Shown here: positions 30,678 to 40,977 of the stretch, one piece after another
How the letters are laid out: each line of letters begins with the position of its first letter
Numbering within the stretch: position 1 is the stretch's first letter
From: Cyanophyceae cyanobacterium
GTDB lineage: Bacteria; Cyanobacteriota; Cyanobacteriia; Cyanobacteriales; JBHJGN01
DNA: 64,000 nt
NCBI GenBank assembly: GCA_050331735.1
Contig: JBHJGN010000011.1
Span: forward strand, 128,001 to 192,000
Direction of reading: 5' to 3'
Made by a program: the position numbers and the translations under genes
Notes under the pieces: model-generated
Seen by the model: the letters and a program-made list of their open reading frames with translations, nothing else
Databases searched by the model: none
Told to the model about the DNA's origin: nothing

Positions 30678-32168
30678 GTGAAATTAGCTCAGCACCAGCG
30701 TCACTTTAAGCTGCTTAACACCCTATCGCTCTTTTTTGTTCTCTTCGGTATCTTCATTCGCCTGATTCAGTACATCGATAATCGCTCCCTCTGGGCCGAT
30801 GAAGCTAGTCTTGCTCTCAACATCATCAATCGTTCCTACGGCGAACTCCTCCAGCCCTTAGATCACAATCAAGCCGCCCCACCAGGGTTTCTCTGGGTCG
30901 AAAAGCTGGCTACTCAACTCCTGGGCGATAGCGAGTATGCATTGCGGCTGTTTCCCTTTGTCTGCGGCCTTGTCTCTCTCGTTGCCTTCTATTATTTAGC
31001 GAGGCGATACGCTGCCCCCATTGCTGCCCCCATTGCGATCGCTCTCTTTGCTAGTCTGCGCTACACCATTTATTACACTACAGAAGTTAAGCAGTACTCT
31101 AGTGACGTGATGATCGCTATTTTGCTTAGTCTGCTTCTCCTGCCACCACGTCGTCCTCACAAGCTACTGCTCGCTGTCTCAGGCTCAGTGGCCATTTGGT
31201 TTTCTCATCCGGCGGTGTTTGTGCTGGGAGGACTGGAAACAAGTACACTTTTAAGTGCTCCCCCTAAACAGCGATGGTCGCTGCTCGTTGAGCGATCGCC
31301 CGTTTATCTCGCCTGGCTGCTCAACTTTGCCCTGATGTATTTTCTCACCATCAGCGGCACCCTCAATAACGAAACGCTAGTCGATTCCTGGGCTCTCCGC
31401 TATCCTGAATCCATCTTTGATATCGTTTGGCTGCTTGACTCCTTGGGGCGCTTCTTTCATCGTCCGTTGGGCTTTGAAGCGATCGCCGATGGCGTGGCTG
31501 CCTTCGCCTTCATTCTCGGCTGCATTGCTCTCTTTAAAAAAAACCGCTCATTGCTCCTTGCTCTGACTGCGCCAATAGGGGCGACAGTCGTAGCCAGCTA
31601 TCTTCACAAATATCCCTTCCGCGATCGTCTGGTACTCTTTCTCGCGCCGTTTGCTATTCTGATTGTGGCTGAAGGTGTAAGTTGGCTGCTTCAACGGCAC
31701 ACACAACGCTGGCTCATGAGTATACTCGGCCTAGTCATTCTTGCTGTCTTACTCTTTCCTCCCCTCACTCGCGCCACTCAGCTAGCCATTCGTCCTGAAC
31801 GAGTCGCAGAGGTAAGAGCCGCAATCGAGTACGTTCAGTCTCGTCAACAACCCGGAGATACTTTTTACGTCTACTACGGCAGCATGAACCAGTTTCTCTA
31901 CTACGCGCCCAAGTATGGGTATCAGGACGGAGACTATATTTTAGGCATTCACGAAATCCCGGAGGAGGGGGAAGCGGCTGGGAAGAAATGGCAGAAATAC
32001 CAGAAAGAGATTGACAACCTGCGAGGTCAAGAACGGGTTTGGCTGTTGTTTAGAGGCAAAGAACCCGAAGAAGAGGCGCTGTTGCCCTACCTAAATCGCA
32101 TCGGTCGGCCCCTAGATTCGTTTAAGCAACCCGGCGTGTTTGTCTATCTATACGATTTAAGGGAATAA
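30678..32168 (+). CDS. GT-C fold membrane glycosyltransferase (family 39 / PMT-like)
   Basis: RSLWADEA motif after TM1, QAAPPGF, EYALRLFP, EVKQYS and many TM helices. Confidence 0.85.
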   Translation: MKLAQHQRHFKLLNTLSLFFVLFGIFIRLIQYIDNRSLWADEASLALNIINRSYGELLQPLDHNQAAPPGFLWVEKLATQLLGDSEYALRLFPFVCGLVSLVAFYYLARRYAAPIAAPIAIALFASLRYTIYYTTEVKQYSSDVMIAILLSLLLLPPRRPHKLLLAVSGSVAIWFSHPAVFVLGGLETSTLLSAPPKQRWSLLVERSPVYLAWLLNFALMYFLTISGTLNNETLVDSWALRYPESIFDIVWLLDSLGRFFHRPLGFEAIADGVAAFAFILGCIALFKKNRSLLLALTAPIGATVVASYLHKYPFRDRLVLFLAPFAILIVAEGVSWLLQRHTQRWLMSILGLVILAVLLFPPLTRATQLAIRPERVAEVRAAIEYVQSRQQPGDTFYVYYGSMNQFLYYAPKYGYQDGDYILGIHEIPEEGEAAGKKWQKYQKEIDNLRGQERVWLLFRGKEPEEEALLPYLNRIGRPLDSFKQPGVFVYLYDLRE

Positions 32169-32202
32169 AGCACAATGATTGTTAGGAGGCTAAGACTAAA
32201 GT

Positions 32203-32308
32203 TATAGCGTTTTTCAAAATGCGTGAGGTACACCAGAAACTAAGGCGGGAACGATCAACAAAAAATAGGATCTAGGACTATACTTCATTAGAGTGAGAAT
32301 TGCTATAA
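32203..32308. repeat. Degenerate ~105-bp MITE-like element with imperfect terminal inverted repeats
   Basis: TATAGCG...TGAGGTACA at the left end versus TATACTTCA...GAATTGCTATA at the right end. Confidence 0.45.
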
Positions 32309-32474
32309 AACAGACGTTTCTACCCAGTAACTTCACTCAACCTATTTTAGTCATATCGCTCGGGCAAACCTGTCAAGGAATAAACTCAATACATCCTCCC
32401 TTTCCCTGCGCCGGTGGCGCTTCCCCTTTTCCCCAATCTACAAACTGTAGCTTCTCCGCCAACTGGTATCAATC

Positions 32475-32579
32475 ATGAGTAAGCTGTATAATTCTGATTT
32501 TTATGCGTGGACCCAAGCCCAAGCTAAGTTTCTTAAGAGCCGGTATTTCTGCCCAAACGAGAGCCTAAAAACTGCGTAG
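32475..32579 (+). pseudogene. DUF29 family N-terminal fragment
   Basis: MSKLYNSDFYAWTQAQAKFLKS matches the DUF29 N-terminus (compare LYDSDYYLWLQQ in 43941-44417), then diverges and stops after 34 aa. Confidence 0.7.
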
Positions 32580-32767
32580 AGTTCCTTGAGAACTACACTA
32601 AATTTCAAACGATGGTAATCTGAGCAGCAGCTTTGAGATCTACTAACTGGTGGTAGCGTCTAAGGCGATTGACGACTAATGAAAATGAGCTAAGCAAAAA
32701 TTAAAGGCTTCTCTTAGTCGTTTTCTCTTTTATCCGTATTGAGTATTGAGTGAAGGAGTTTTTAAAA

Positions 32768-33964
32768 ATGGTCAAACGATGCAGCAAGTTTTCCCTGTTG
32801 TTATCAGTCTCACTATCAACTGCGATCGCTCTTGAAGCCACGACGCTCGCTCAGTCAGTCTATGGTGCATCGATGGCAACTCCGCTAATTTTCGATGACG
32901 ACGGTAGCCAGGATGGATTTGCGGCTCTCGCTTATCTGCTAGACAATCCCCAGTTTGATCTCCAGGCGATTACAATTTCTCATGGAGTCGCACGACCAGA
33001 GAACGTCAACTTTCAAACAGGACTCAAGCAACTGTTGGGCAGATTGAATGCCACAGAAGTTCCAGTTGGAATCGGTAGTGCTGTGCCTTTAGCAGACGAT
33101 AATGCGTTTCCCGACTTCGTTCGCAATGATGCTGACAACTTCTATGCTCCGTTTGTCAGCTTGCCGGAGGAAGTCCCTGACGTTGAATTTACGACGGCGG
33201 CTGAGCTGATCGTAGAAACCGTTAATAATTCTCCGGAACCAGTAGCTATTATTTCTACGGGCTCATTCACTAACATGGCCGAAGCACTGAGAATCGATTC
33301 GTCGATCGTCGAGAACATTTCAGTTCTGCAAACGATGGGCGGTGCCGTCTTTGTACCGGGAAACTTGGGAATCACTCCTGAACCGCCTTTTTCCACAAAT
33401 GAGGTTGCCGAATTCAATATTTGGGTTGACCCGCTAGCGGCAGCGGAAGTATTTGCGGCGGGAGAAAATGGCTTAAACATCCAAATGATGCCCTTAGACG
33501 GCACGAATCAGGTTGAGTTTACCCGCGAGGATTACCAAGCTTGGCTGGCCACTGGCACACCTGAGAGTACAGTCGCTGCTGAGTTTCTCGATTTTTCTCT
33601 AGTCGTCGTTGGTGGAGATGTCAATCCAAATCCGCTGTGGGATATGGTGGCGGCGGTGAATTTAAGCGAACCTGCTTTTTCTGACGAAGTGCCTTGGCAT
33701 ATTGAGGTCGATGTGGAATCACCTCCAGGTGACACCCAAGGGCAAACGTTCGTGGTAGAAGGATTACCGCCGAATGCGTCTGTCTCCCTAGAGGCGAGTT
33801 TTGATAATCTCCCGTTTGAGGCCAGCGAGCTATTTTCGGCAACGCCTCCTCAGTCAGTTCCAGAACCCGCTTCTCTTCTAGGGCTTTTGGCGCTCGGGGT
33901 ACTGGGGGTAGGAGATGCCGCACGACGCTTCAGACGAAATTTGCCAGATGATCGCTCTGAGTAA
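32768..33964 (+). CDS. Nucleoside hydrolase family protein with signal peptide and PEP-CTERM sorting tail
   Basis: LIFDDDGSQDG, STGSFTNMA, MGGAVFVPGNL, AEFNIWVDP, MPLD, LWD; C-terminal VPEPASLLGLLALGVLGVG..RRFRR. Confidence 0.88.
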   Translation: MVKRCSKFSLLLSVSLSTAIALEATTLAQSVYGASMATPLIFDDDGSQDGFAALAYLLDNPQFDLQAITISHGVARPENVNFQTGLKQLLGRLNATEVPVGIGSAVPLADDNAFPDFVRNDADNFYAPFVSLPEEVPDVEFTTAAELIVETVNNSPEPVAIISTGSFTNMAEALRIDSSIVENISVLQTMGGAVFVPGNLGITPEPPFSTNEVAEFNIWVDPLAAAEVFAAGENGLNIQMMPLDGTNQVEFTREDYQAWLATGTPESTVAAEFLDFSLVVVGGDVNPNPLWDMVAAVNLSEPAFSDEVPWHIEVDVESPPGDTQGQTFVVEGLPPNASVSLEASFDNLPFEASELFSATPPQSVPEPASLLGLLALGVLGVGDAARRFRRNLPDDRSE

Positions 33965-34086
33965 TCGGCCAATAACTGGAGGGATGCAGCAAACGCTCCT
34001 AGTCGGTTGCAGCGCTTGCTGATAGTTACCTGCGTCTCCTCCATCTCACCTACAATTGAATTATCCTCATGCTAGGAGGCACTGTC

Positions 34087-34659
34087 ATGAAACGTACAGG
34101 CGGCGTTCGCTGGACCACTCGGGATGTGGAAGCGTTACCGGAGAACGACTGGATTCGCTACGAGATCATTGATGGAGAGCTGTTCGTGACGCGCGCCCCT
34201 CACCACAAACATCAGCACGTTACCGGACGCCTCTTTGCCGTGCTGGATAGTTGGTCGATAGACACTGGTTTAGGAGAACCCTCAATTGCGCCTGGTGTAA
34301 TTTTCTCAGATTCTGATAACGTCATTCCCGACGCAACGTGGGTTAGTTACGAGCGACTGGCTCAAATTCAAGATGAAGCCGGACATTTTCAAGGCGCACC
34401 AGAACTAGTGGTAGAAGTGTTATCGCCGGGAAAAGCTAACGAGGAGCGAGATCGCTTAGCTAAGCTAAAACTTTATTCAGTTCAGGGAGTTCGGGAATAT
34501 TGGATTGTGGATCGCATCGCTCAACGCGTAGAAATCTACCGTCGCCAGAATGCTCAACTGACGTTGGTGGCAACTCTACTCAGCGACGATCAAATTACGT
34601 CTCCTTTGCTACCGGGTTTTGCTTGTCCGGTTTCACGACTATTTGTTTCTCGGGCGTAA
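34087..34659 (+). CDS. Uma2 (DUF820) family putative endonuclease
   Basis: RYEIIDGELFV, VIPD, APELVVEVLSPG, KLKLYS..GVREYWIVD, SPLLPGF. Confidence 0.92.
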   Translation: MKRTGGVRWTTRDVEALPENDWIRYEIIDGELFVTRAPHHKHQHVTGRLFAVLDSWSIDTGLGEPSIAPGVIFSDSDNVIPDATWVSYERLAQIQDEAGHFQGAPELVVEVLSPGKANEERDRLAKLKLYSVQGVREYWIVDRIAQRVEIYRRQNAQLTLVATLLSDDQITSPLLPGFACPVSRLFVSRA

Positions 34660-34762
34660 AAGCGATCGCTGACTTTAAAGAGATATCAAGATATCTAAGC
34701 ACCGTCACCGCTAGGAGGTATTCTAAAACTAGACTCATTACTGTAGCTAAAGTAACCAAGCC

Positions 34763-35056
34763 ATGTCTAAAGAAAAAGTGCTGGAGTTTTTCACTGAGGC
34801 GGCTAAAGAGGAATCTCTACAAAAAGAGCTGCAAACCGTTAGCGATCGCCAAGAGCTGGTGCAGCTAGGACAGCAAAAAGGGTACGAATTTTCTCCCCAA
34901 CACGTTGAAGAAGCGATCGCGGATTTGCAGCAGCAGCCCGGTTTTTTCAACCTGCTGGCTCAAGCCGTCCTAGCTATCTTCGGTCCTTCCAATGATGACT
35001 ACCCGACAACGGGAGTACAGCCTTTTAGCGGTGAAGTCAGCCGTCGTCGTCGATAG
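34763..35056 (+). CDS. Nif11-like leader peptide family protein
   Basis: MSKEKVLEFF..AAKEESLQKELQ....QELVQLGQQKGYEFS matches the Nif11 leader pattern; atypical C-terminal tail. Confidence 0.8.
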   Translation: MSKEKVLEFFTEAAKEESLQKELQTVSDRQELVQLGQQKGYEFSPQHVEEAIADLQQQPGFFNLLAQAVLAIFGPSNDDYPTTGVQPFSGEVSRRRR

Positions 35057-35084
35057 TTTCTTTTAAATTGATAGATTGAGCAGT

Positions 35085-35111
35085 AGTCCGGCGAGCTAGG
35101 TTTGCCGGACT
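35085..35111. terminator. Hairpin between the convergent Nif11 gene and alaS
   Basis: AGTCCGGC...GCCGGACT perfect 8-bp stem. Confidence 0.55.
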
Positions 35112-35114
35112 GAT

Positions 35115-37754
35115 TTATTGCAACCTCTCGATTAACTGCTCCTTCGCCGCTGCTAGCGCCTCACCTAACTTACTGGGATCGCGTCCGCCTGCCTGAGCCA
35201 GATTGGGCCGTCCGCCACCGCCACCGCCACACAGCTTGGCAATGCCGCCAATAAACTTACCGGCCTGGAGCTTTTTCTCTTTGTTGACTTTGGGGCTAAA
35301 GGCAGCCACTAGGCTCACTTTGCCTTCATTGGGAACCGACCCCAATACCACCGCCGCATCACCCAATTTCTGCTGGAGTCTTTCAGCAGCAGTTTTAAGG
35401 GCATCAGCATCAGCTTCCATTTGTGCCACCAGCACTGTGTACTCGCCAACGGTTTCCGCCTCATTCAAAAGCCGATCGGATTGAGCGATCGCCAGTTCCT
35501 GCTTGACAGTCTCCAGTTCCTTCTGAGTAGTTTTCAGTTCTGTTTGCAGGGCATTAATCCGGTCAGGAATTTCCTCCGGTTTTACCTTAAGGCGATCGCT
35601 TAACTCCTTGACCACCGCCTCCCGCACGTTGAGATACTCTAGCACCGCCGGTCCCGCGACCGCCTCGATGCGGCGCACCCCCGACGAAATTCCGGTTTCA
35701 GAGACGATTTTAAATAAGCCAATTTCTGCCGTATTGCGGACGTGAGTGCCGCCACATAGCTCCATCGAAACGCCTGGAAAGTCAATTACTCGAACTTCAT
35801 CGCCGTACTTTTCGCCAAACATTGCCACGGCCCCCTTCGCTTTCGCTTCAGCAAGGGGCATCACTGCGACATCCGCCTCGTGCGCTTCCCCAATCCAGGT
35901 ATTCACCTGGTCTTCGACCTGCTGCACCTCTTCAGGGGTGAGCGCCCGAGGACAGTTGAAGTCAAAGCGCAGACGATCGAAAGCGACTAGCGAACCCGCC
36001 TGCGAGATCGATTCATCGACAATCTTTTTCAGGGCAGCCTGCAACAAATGAGTGGCGGTATGATTAGCCTGGGCGCGACGGCGACAGGCGCGGTCGATTT
36101 GAGCAGTAACGGGTTCCCCGAGTTTAAGAGTGCCTCGTTCTATGCGACCAAAATGCACAAAGAGCTTACTTTCCTTCTGCACATCTTCGACGCGCACCAA
36201 AACATCTTCCCCGGATAGGTAGCCGTGATCGCCAATTTGCCCTCCGGATTCTGCATAGAAAGGGGTTTCATCGAGGACAATTTGCACTTCATCCCCGGCG
36301 GTGGCCGCTTCGACCTGTTCGCCCCCAGCAACAATCACCATCACCTGAGCGCGGGAAGACAGGTGGGTATAGCCTAAAAACTCGGTGGTCTGACTATCAG
36401 CCGCATAGGCTTTGAGGACATCTTGAGCGGTCAAATCGATGGCAGTGTGAGCAGAACGGGAACGATCGCGCTGCTGCTGCATTTCCTGCTCGAACCCTGC
36501 GATATCAACAGACAATCCCTGTTCTTCGGCTACTTCCTGAGTTAACTCCAGCGGAAACCCGTAGGTATCGTAGAGTTCAAAAGCATCGGCCCCCGAGATT
36601 TGACCGATAGCGTTGTTCGCCACTTTCGCGATTATTTCTGCGAGGAGCTTTTCACCTCGCTCTAAGGTGCTGAGGAAAGCCGCTTCTTCTCGCTGGAGTT
36701 CATCTTGAATCACCCGTTCCCGTTCCCGCACGGTGGGATAGGCAGCTTCAGAAAGCGCGATCGCCGTTTCAGCTACTTTAGTCATAAAGTTTTCGATTCC
36801 CAGCAGTCTCCCGTGACGCACTACGCGCCGGATCAGGCGACGCAACACGTAGCCGCGCCCCTCATTGGCAGCCGTAATGCCATCAGCGATCATATGCACC
36901 ACAGCGCGCACGTGATCGCCGATCACTTTGAGAGAAACCTTGGCCTTGTCATCGGCTTGACTGTAGTCAATCCCGGCAAGTTCCGCTGCCGACTTCACAA
37001 TCGGAAAAATCAGATCCGTTTCGTAGTTATTAGGAACGCTTTGAAGGATCTGCGCCATCCGCTCTAGTCCCAGTCCGGTGTCGATGTTCTGGTTCTGTAG
37101 CGGCGTGAGATTCCCCTGGGCATCCCGGTTGTACTGCATAAACACCAGATTGTAGAACTCAATGAATCGGGTGTCGTCTTCGAGATCGAGCTGGTCATCT
37201 CCCCGTTCCGGGTGAAAGTCGTAATAGATTTCTGAGCAAGGACCGCAGGGACCGGTCGGACCCGACTGCCAAAAATTATCCTCCTCCCCCATCCGCTGAA
37301 TGCGGTGTTCCGGGATGCCAATTTGGTCGCGCCAGATGGCAAAGGCTTCGACGTCTTCTTTAAACACGCTCGGGACTAATCGTTCGGCAGGTAGCCCAAA
37401 CACTTCGGTAGACAGTTCCCACGCCCAGGCGATCGCCTGTTCCTTGAAATAGTCTCCGAAGCTGAAGTTGCCCAACATCTCAAAGAAGGTATGATGGCGA
37501 GCCGTTCTGCCGACGTTTTCGATGTCGTTGGTGCGGATACACTTTTGTGAGGTAGTGGCGCGGCGATACTCTGACTGCCGTTGACCGAGAAAGATGGGCT
37601 TAAACGGCAGCATCCCGGCAATCGTGAGCAGCACCGTTGGATCTTCAGGAACGAGCGAAGCGCTGGGCAGAATTTGATGCTGTCGTTCGGCATAAAAATC
37701 TAAAAATTTCTGCCGAATTTCGCTACCGCTCAGGAACTGGGGAGAATAAGGCAT
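35115..37754 (-). CDS. alaS: Alanine--tRNA ligase
   Basis: [75 protein letters not shown]. Confidence 0.98.
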   Translation of the reverse strand: MPYSPQFLSGSEIRQKFLDFYAERQHQILPSASLVPEDPTVLLTIAGMLPFKPIFLGQRQSEYRRATTSQKCIRTNDIENVGRTARHHTFFEMLGNFSFGDYFKEQAIAWAWELSTEVFGLPAERLVPSVFKEDVEAFAIWRDQIGIPEHRIQRMGEEDNFWQSGPTGPCGPCSEIYYDFHPERGDDQLDLEDDTRFIEFYNLVFMQYNRDAQGNLTPLQNQNIDTGLGLERMAQILQSVPNNYETDLIFPIVKSAAELAGIDYSQADDKAKVSLKVIGDHVRAVVHMIADGITAANEGRGYVLRRLIRRVVRHGRLLGIENFMTKVAETAIALSEAAYPTVRERERVIQDELQREEAAFLSTLERGEKLLAEIIAKVANNAIGQISGADAFELYDTYGFPLELTQEVAEEQGLSVDIAGFEQEMQQQRDRSRSAHTAIDLTAQDVLKAYAADSQTTEFLGYTHLSSRAQVMVIVAGGEQVEAATAGDEVQIVLDETPFYAESGGQIGDHGYLSGEDVLVRVEDVQKESKLFVHFGRIERGTLKLGEPVTAQIDRACRRRAQANHTATHLLQAALKKIVDESISQAGSLVAFDRLRFDFNCPRALTPEEVQQVEDQVNTWIGEAHEADVAVMPLAEAKAKGAVAMFGEKYGDEVRVIDFPGVSMELCGGTHVRNTAEIGLFKIVSETGISSGVRRIEAVAGPAVLEYLNVREAVVKELSDRLKVKPEEIPDRINALQTELKTTQKELETVKQELAIAQSDRLLNEAETVGEYTVLVAQMEADADALKTAAERLQQKLGDAAVVLGSVPNEGKVSLVAAFSPKVNKEKKLQAGKFIGGIAKLCGGGGGGRPNLAQAGGRDPSKLGEALAAAKEQLIERLQ

Positions 37755-37876
37755 GGGTCTATAGTCAGAAGTACGTAATAATGATGAGCAATAATTGAGC
37801 AACCGTATTTAAAGTGTAATTCACGGTTCTGGCTTTTTTGGGTTTTAAAAGCGACGGGGAAAGCTCACTGTTTTTG

Positions 37877-37923
37877 GCTGATGGTTGATGGTTGAGCGGG
37901 CATGTCAATCAACCATCAACATC
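37877..37923. repeat. Inverted STRR-type repeat hairpin
   Basis: ggctgat-ggttgat-ggttga followed by the inverted copy tcaatcaaccatcaacatc. Confidence 0.6.
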
Positions 37924-37954
37924 GAACCCACCAAATTTGCTCTGTGGTGAATAC

Positions 37955-37986
37955 AAAAAACGGAGGGCATATGCTGCCTCTCCGTT
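37955..37986 (-). terminator. Intrinsic terminator of fusA
   Basis: AACGGAG(A)GGCA / TGCCCTCCGTT stem followed by a U run on the minus strand. Confidence 0.75.
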
Positions 37987-38024
37987 CTCCGCGACTCTAA
38001 TTGCCTTACGGCTCTTGTCCTTGG

Positions 38025-40112
38025 TTACGAAGCAACGGCCTGCCGCTCTTTCGCTTCTTTGATCACCTCTTCAGCAATGTTGCTGGGGCAGGGAGCGTAG
38101 TGGGAGAATTCCATCGAGAACTGCCCGCGTCCCGAGGTCATGGTACGCAGATCGCCAATGTAGCCAAACATCTCGCTCAAAGGAGCTTCTGCCTTGATGC
38201 GGACGCCCATAGCGCCGGTTTCCTGAGCGTTGATCATTCCCCGGCGGCGGTTAATATCACCAATAACATCGCCCATATAGTCATCGGGGGTAAAGATATC
38301 CACTTTCATGATCGGCTCCATCAACTGCGGTCCTGCTTTGGGGATCGACTGGCGATAGGCGGCTCTAGCGGCAATTTCAAAGGCGATCGCCGATGAGTCT
38401 ACTGGGTGATAGGCTCCATCGGTCAAGGTTACCTTGAAGTCTAGGCAAGGATATCCGGCAAGGACACCATTATCTAAGCTGGCTTCAAACCCTTTTTGAA
38501 CAGCAGGCCAAAATTCTCTGGGAACGTTACCGCCAGTGACCTTGGATTCAAACTCGAAGCCGCTTCCTGGTTCTCCCGGCTCGATCACGTAATCGATCTT
38601 ACCAAACTGACCAGAACCACCAGACTGCTTTTTATGAGTGTAGCTGTCCTCAAGCCGTTTAGTAATCGACTCGCGGTAGGCCACTTGGGGCTTACCCAGC
38701 TCGACCTCAACGCCATAGGTCCGTCGCAGGATGTCGGCTTTAATATCGAGGTGTAGTTCTCCCATGCCCTTCATGATCGTTTCGCCGCTTTCCTGATCGG
38801 TTTCTACCTGGAAAGAGGGATCTTCCTGCACCATCTTGCTCAGGGCTGCTCCCATCTTTTCGTTACCGCCTTTTTGCTTCGGCTTTACGGAAACGGCGAT
38901 CACCGGATCGGGGAACACCATCGGCTCCAGAGTAGCCGGGTCATTCGGGTCACACAGAGTATGACCCGTCTGGACGTTTTTCATCCCCACAACGGCAACA
39001 ATATCACCAGCCTGAGCCGAATCAACCTCTTCGCGGGAGTTGGCATGCATCTCCACTAGGCGACCGATCCGCTCGGTTTTGCCAGTAGCGGTGTTGAGCA
39101 CCGTCATCCCCTTTTCGATTTTGCCGGAGTAGAGGCGGGTAAAGGTTAAAGCCCCAAAACGGTCGTCCATGATCTTAAACGCCAGCGCCCGCAGGGGTTT
39201 TTCTGGGTCAACTATGGCAAATCTGCCGGTTTCGTGGCCTTCTAAATCTACCTCCGGCTGGGGGTTAACCTCGGTTGGGTTGGGCAGATAGTCGACAACG
39301 GCATCGAGGACGAGCTGAACGCCTTTGTTCTTGAATGAGGAGCCACAGTAGGTGGGGAAGAAGGTGAGGTTGTGCGTCCCTTTGCGAATGCACTGCTTGA
39401 GAGTATCAATGTCGGGTTCTTCCCCTTCGAGATACTGTTCCATCACCGCATCATCCTGCTCTACCGCCATCTCCACAAGCTGCTCGCGGTAGGTTTCGAC
39501 ATCATCCACCATATCGGCAGGAACGTCCTGAATTTCGTAGTTGAGCGGATCGCCAGAGTCATCCCACACCCAAGCCTTCCGGGTGAGCAGATCGACTACG
39601 CCCTGAAAATCGTTTTCTCGGCCAATCGGCAACACCATCACCAGCGGCTTAGCGACGAGGACTTCATCAATCTGCTTGACAACTCGAAAGAAATCTGCGC
39701 CAAGTCGGTCGAGCTTGTTGACGTAGATGATGCGAGCGACCTTGGAATCGTTAGCATAGCGCCAGTTAGTCTCAGACTGCGGCTCCACTCCCCCAGAACC
39801 ACAAAAGACACCGATGCCGCCGTCAAGAACCTTCAGCGAGCGATAGACTTCGATGGTAAAATCAACGTGACCAGGAGTATCAATAATGTTGAGCTGATGA
39901 TCTTTCCAGAAACAGGTGGTCGCGGCAGACTGAATGGTAATGCCTCGCTCCTGCTCCTGTTCCATAAAGTCAGTTGTTGCTGCTCCTTCGTGGACTTCAC
40001 CAATTTTGTGAATCTTCCCGGTTAGTTTAAGAATTCTTTCTGTGGTGGTTGTCTTGCCCGCATCTACGTGAGCGAAAATGCCAATATTGCGATAGTGGGT
40101 GAGGTCTTTCAT
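38025..40112 (-). CDS. fusA: Elongation factor G, stand-alone paralogue (not in the str operon)
   Basis: [61 protein letters not shown]; no rpsL, rpsG or tuf next to it. Confidence 0.96.
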   Translation of the reverse strand: MKDLTHYRNIGIFAHVDAGKTTTTERILKLTGKIHKIGEVHEGAATTDFMEQEQERGITIQSAATTCFWKDHQLNIIDTPGHVDFTIEVYRSLKVLDGGIGVFCGSGGVEPQSETNWRYANDSKVARIIYVNKLDRLGADFFRVVKQIDEVLVAKPLVMVLPIGRENDFQGVVDLLTRKAWVWDDSGDPLNYEIQDVPADMVDDVETYREQLVEMAVEQDDAVMEQYLEGEEPDIDTLKQCIRKGTHNLTFFPTYCGSSFKNKGVQLVLDAVVDYLPNPTEVNPQPEVDLEGHETGRFAIVDPEKPLRALAFKIMDDRFGALTFTRLYSGKIEKGMTVLNTATGKTERIGRLVEMHANSREEVDSAQAGDIVAVVGMKNVQTGHTLCDPNDPATLEPMVFPDPVIAVSVKPKQKGGNEKMGAALSKMVQEDPSFQVETDQESGETIMKGMGELHLDIKADILRRTYGVEVELGKPQVAYRESITKRLEDSYTHKKQSGGSGQFGKIDYVIEPGEPGSGFEFESKVTGGNVPREFWPAVQKGFEASLDNGVLAGYPCLDFKVTLTDGAYHPVDSSAIAFEIAARAAYRQSIPKAGPQLMEPIMKVDIFTPDDYMGDVIGDINRRRGMINAQETGAMGVRIKAEAPLSEMFGYIGDLRTMTSGRGQFSMEFSHYAPCPSNIAEEVIKEAKERQAVAS

Positions 40113-40739
40113 AACTTAATGTTTACAAATGGGCTAAACCGTTGATGCCTACGTTAAAGTACAAAGAGTGTCTCAGTACAAATGATATAGATGTCGCTCC
40201 TATCCTGCCCGCGAGTCTAGGTTAACAAGCTGCGGGCGGATTGGCTACTTTTGTCCTCTCGTAGGCTACGGGAAGATTTCTTTGAACTGACCTAGCGGCC
40301 GTCAGTAGCTAACCTTCATCAACAGCCTTTCTCTACGTGTCCATTTTAATCGCACTGGCCGATCTATTTATATTTTTCTCAACAACAAGCACGATGGGCA
40401 GTGAGGCTAGAGGACTATTTCACGGAGTAGAACAAGAGTCGAGCAATCTCGCTTCTCCAACAGATTACAGCTAGCTTGCTAAAGCTTACAGAGCGAGATT
40501 ACTTCTTTACACTTTTTAATAATAACATATCGGCTGCTGCGTTTGCAGGCTCTCTAAGGTTTGCTCGACAGCACCATGTAATCGCTTTAAGAGAATCTAA
40601 AATTAGTAAACGCGCCAAACTATGAAGAGAGGAACGGCGAACAGAGGTAGTATGACGTTTGCAATCGGCGTATCTGCTGCCACCGACTTATGAAATAATT
40701 TTGTCATGATCCGAAAAAGCCTCTGAGAAGGAAGCAATA

Positions 40740-40952
40740 ATGAGTACGATTTGGGTGAATGAACAAATAGATCCCTGTGGGATTGTCTACGCCTGCATTG
40801 CCTGTTGTAATGAAGCGGCAGCGAAAGACTGTCACGATACCTGGCAGCAGAATTTAACTCCTCAGCAAAAGCAAGAAGGATGGGTCGCACGAATGAGAAC
40901 CGTTAGCTCTTGGGATGAAGTTCCTGTCAATGCGTTGAAGTTGAGTTTTTAG
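40740..40952 (+). CDS. Small Cys-rich conserved hypothetical protein
   Basis: 70 aa, IWVNEQIDPCGIVYACIAC...CH..W..NL...GW....V.SWDEVP; GAAGGA RBS upstream. Confidence 0.75.
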   Translation: MSTIWVNEQIDPCGIVYACIACCNEAAAKDCHDTWQQNLTPQQKQEGWVARMRTVSSWDEVPVNALKLSF

Positions 40953-40977
40953 AGGGAGTCAGAAAAATTGCCAGCCA

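Noticed and set aside
38001..40025. Long antisense ORFs (131, 86, 217 aa) opposite fusA, and similar ones opposite the RND gene, alaS and treZ
   Set aside because: Shadow frames of conserved genes with biased codon usage; no motifs or RBS.
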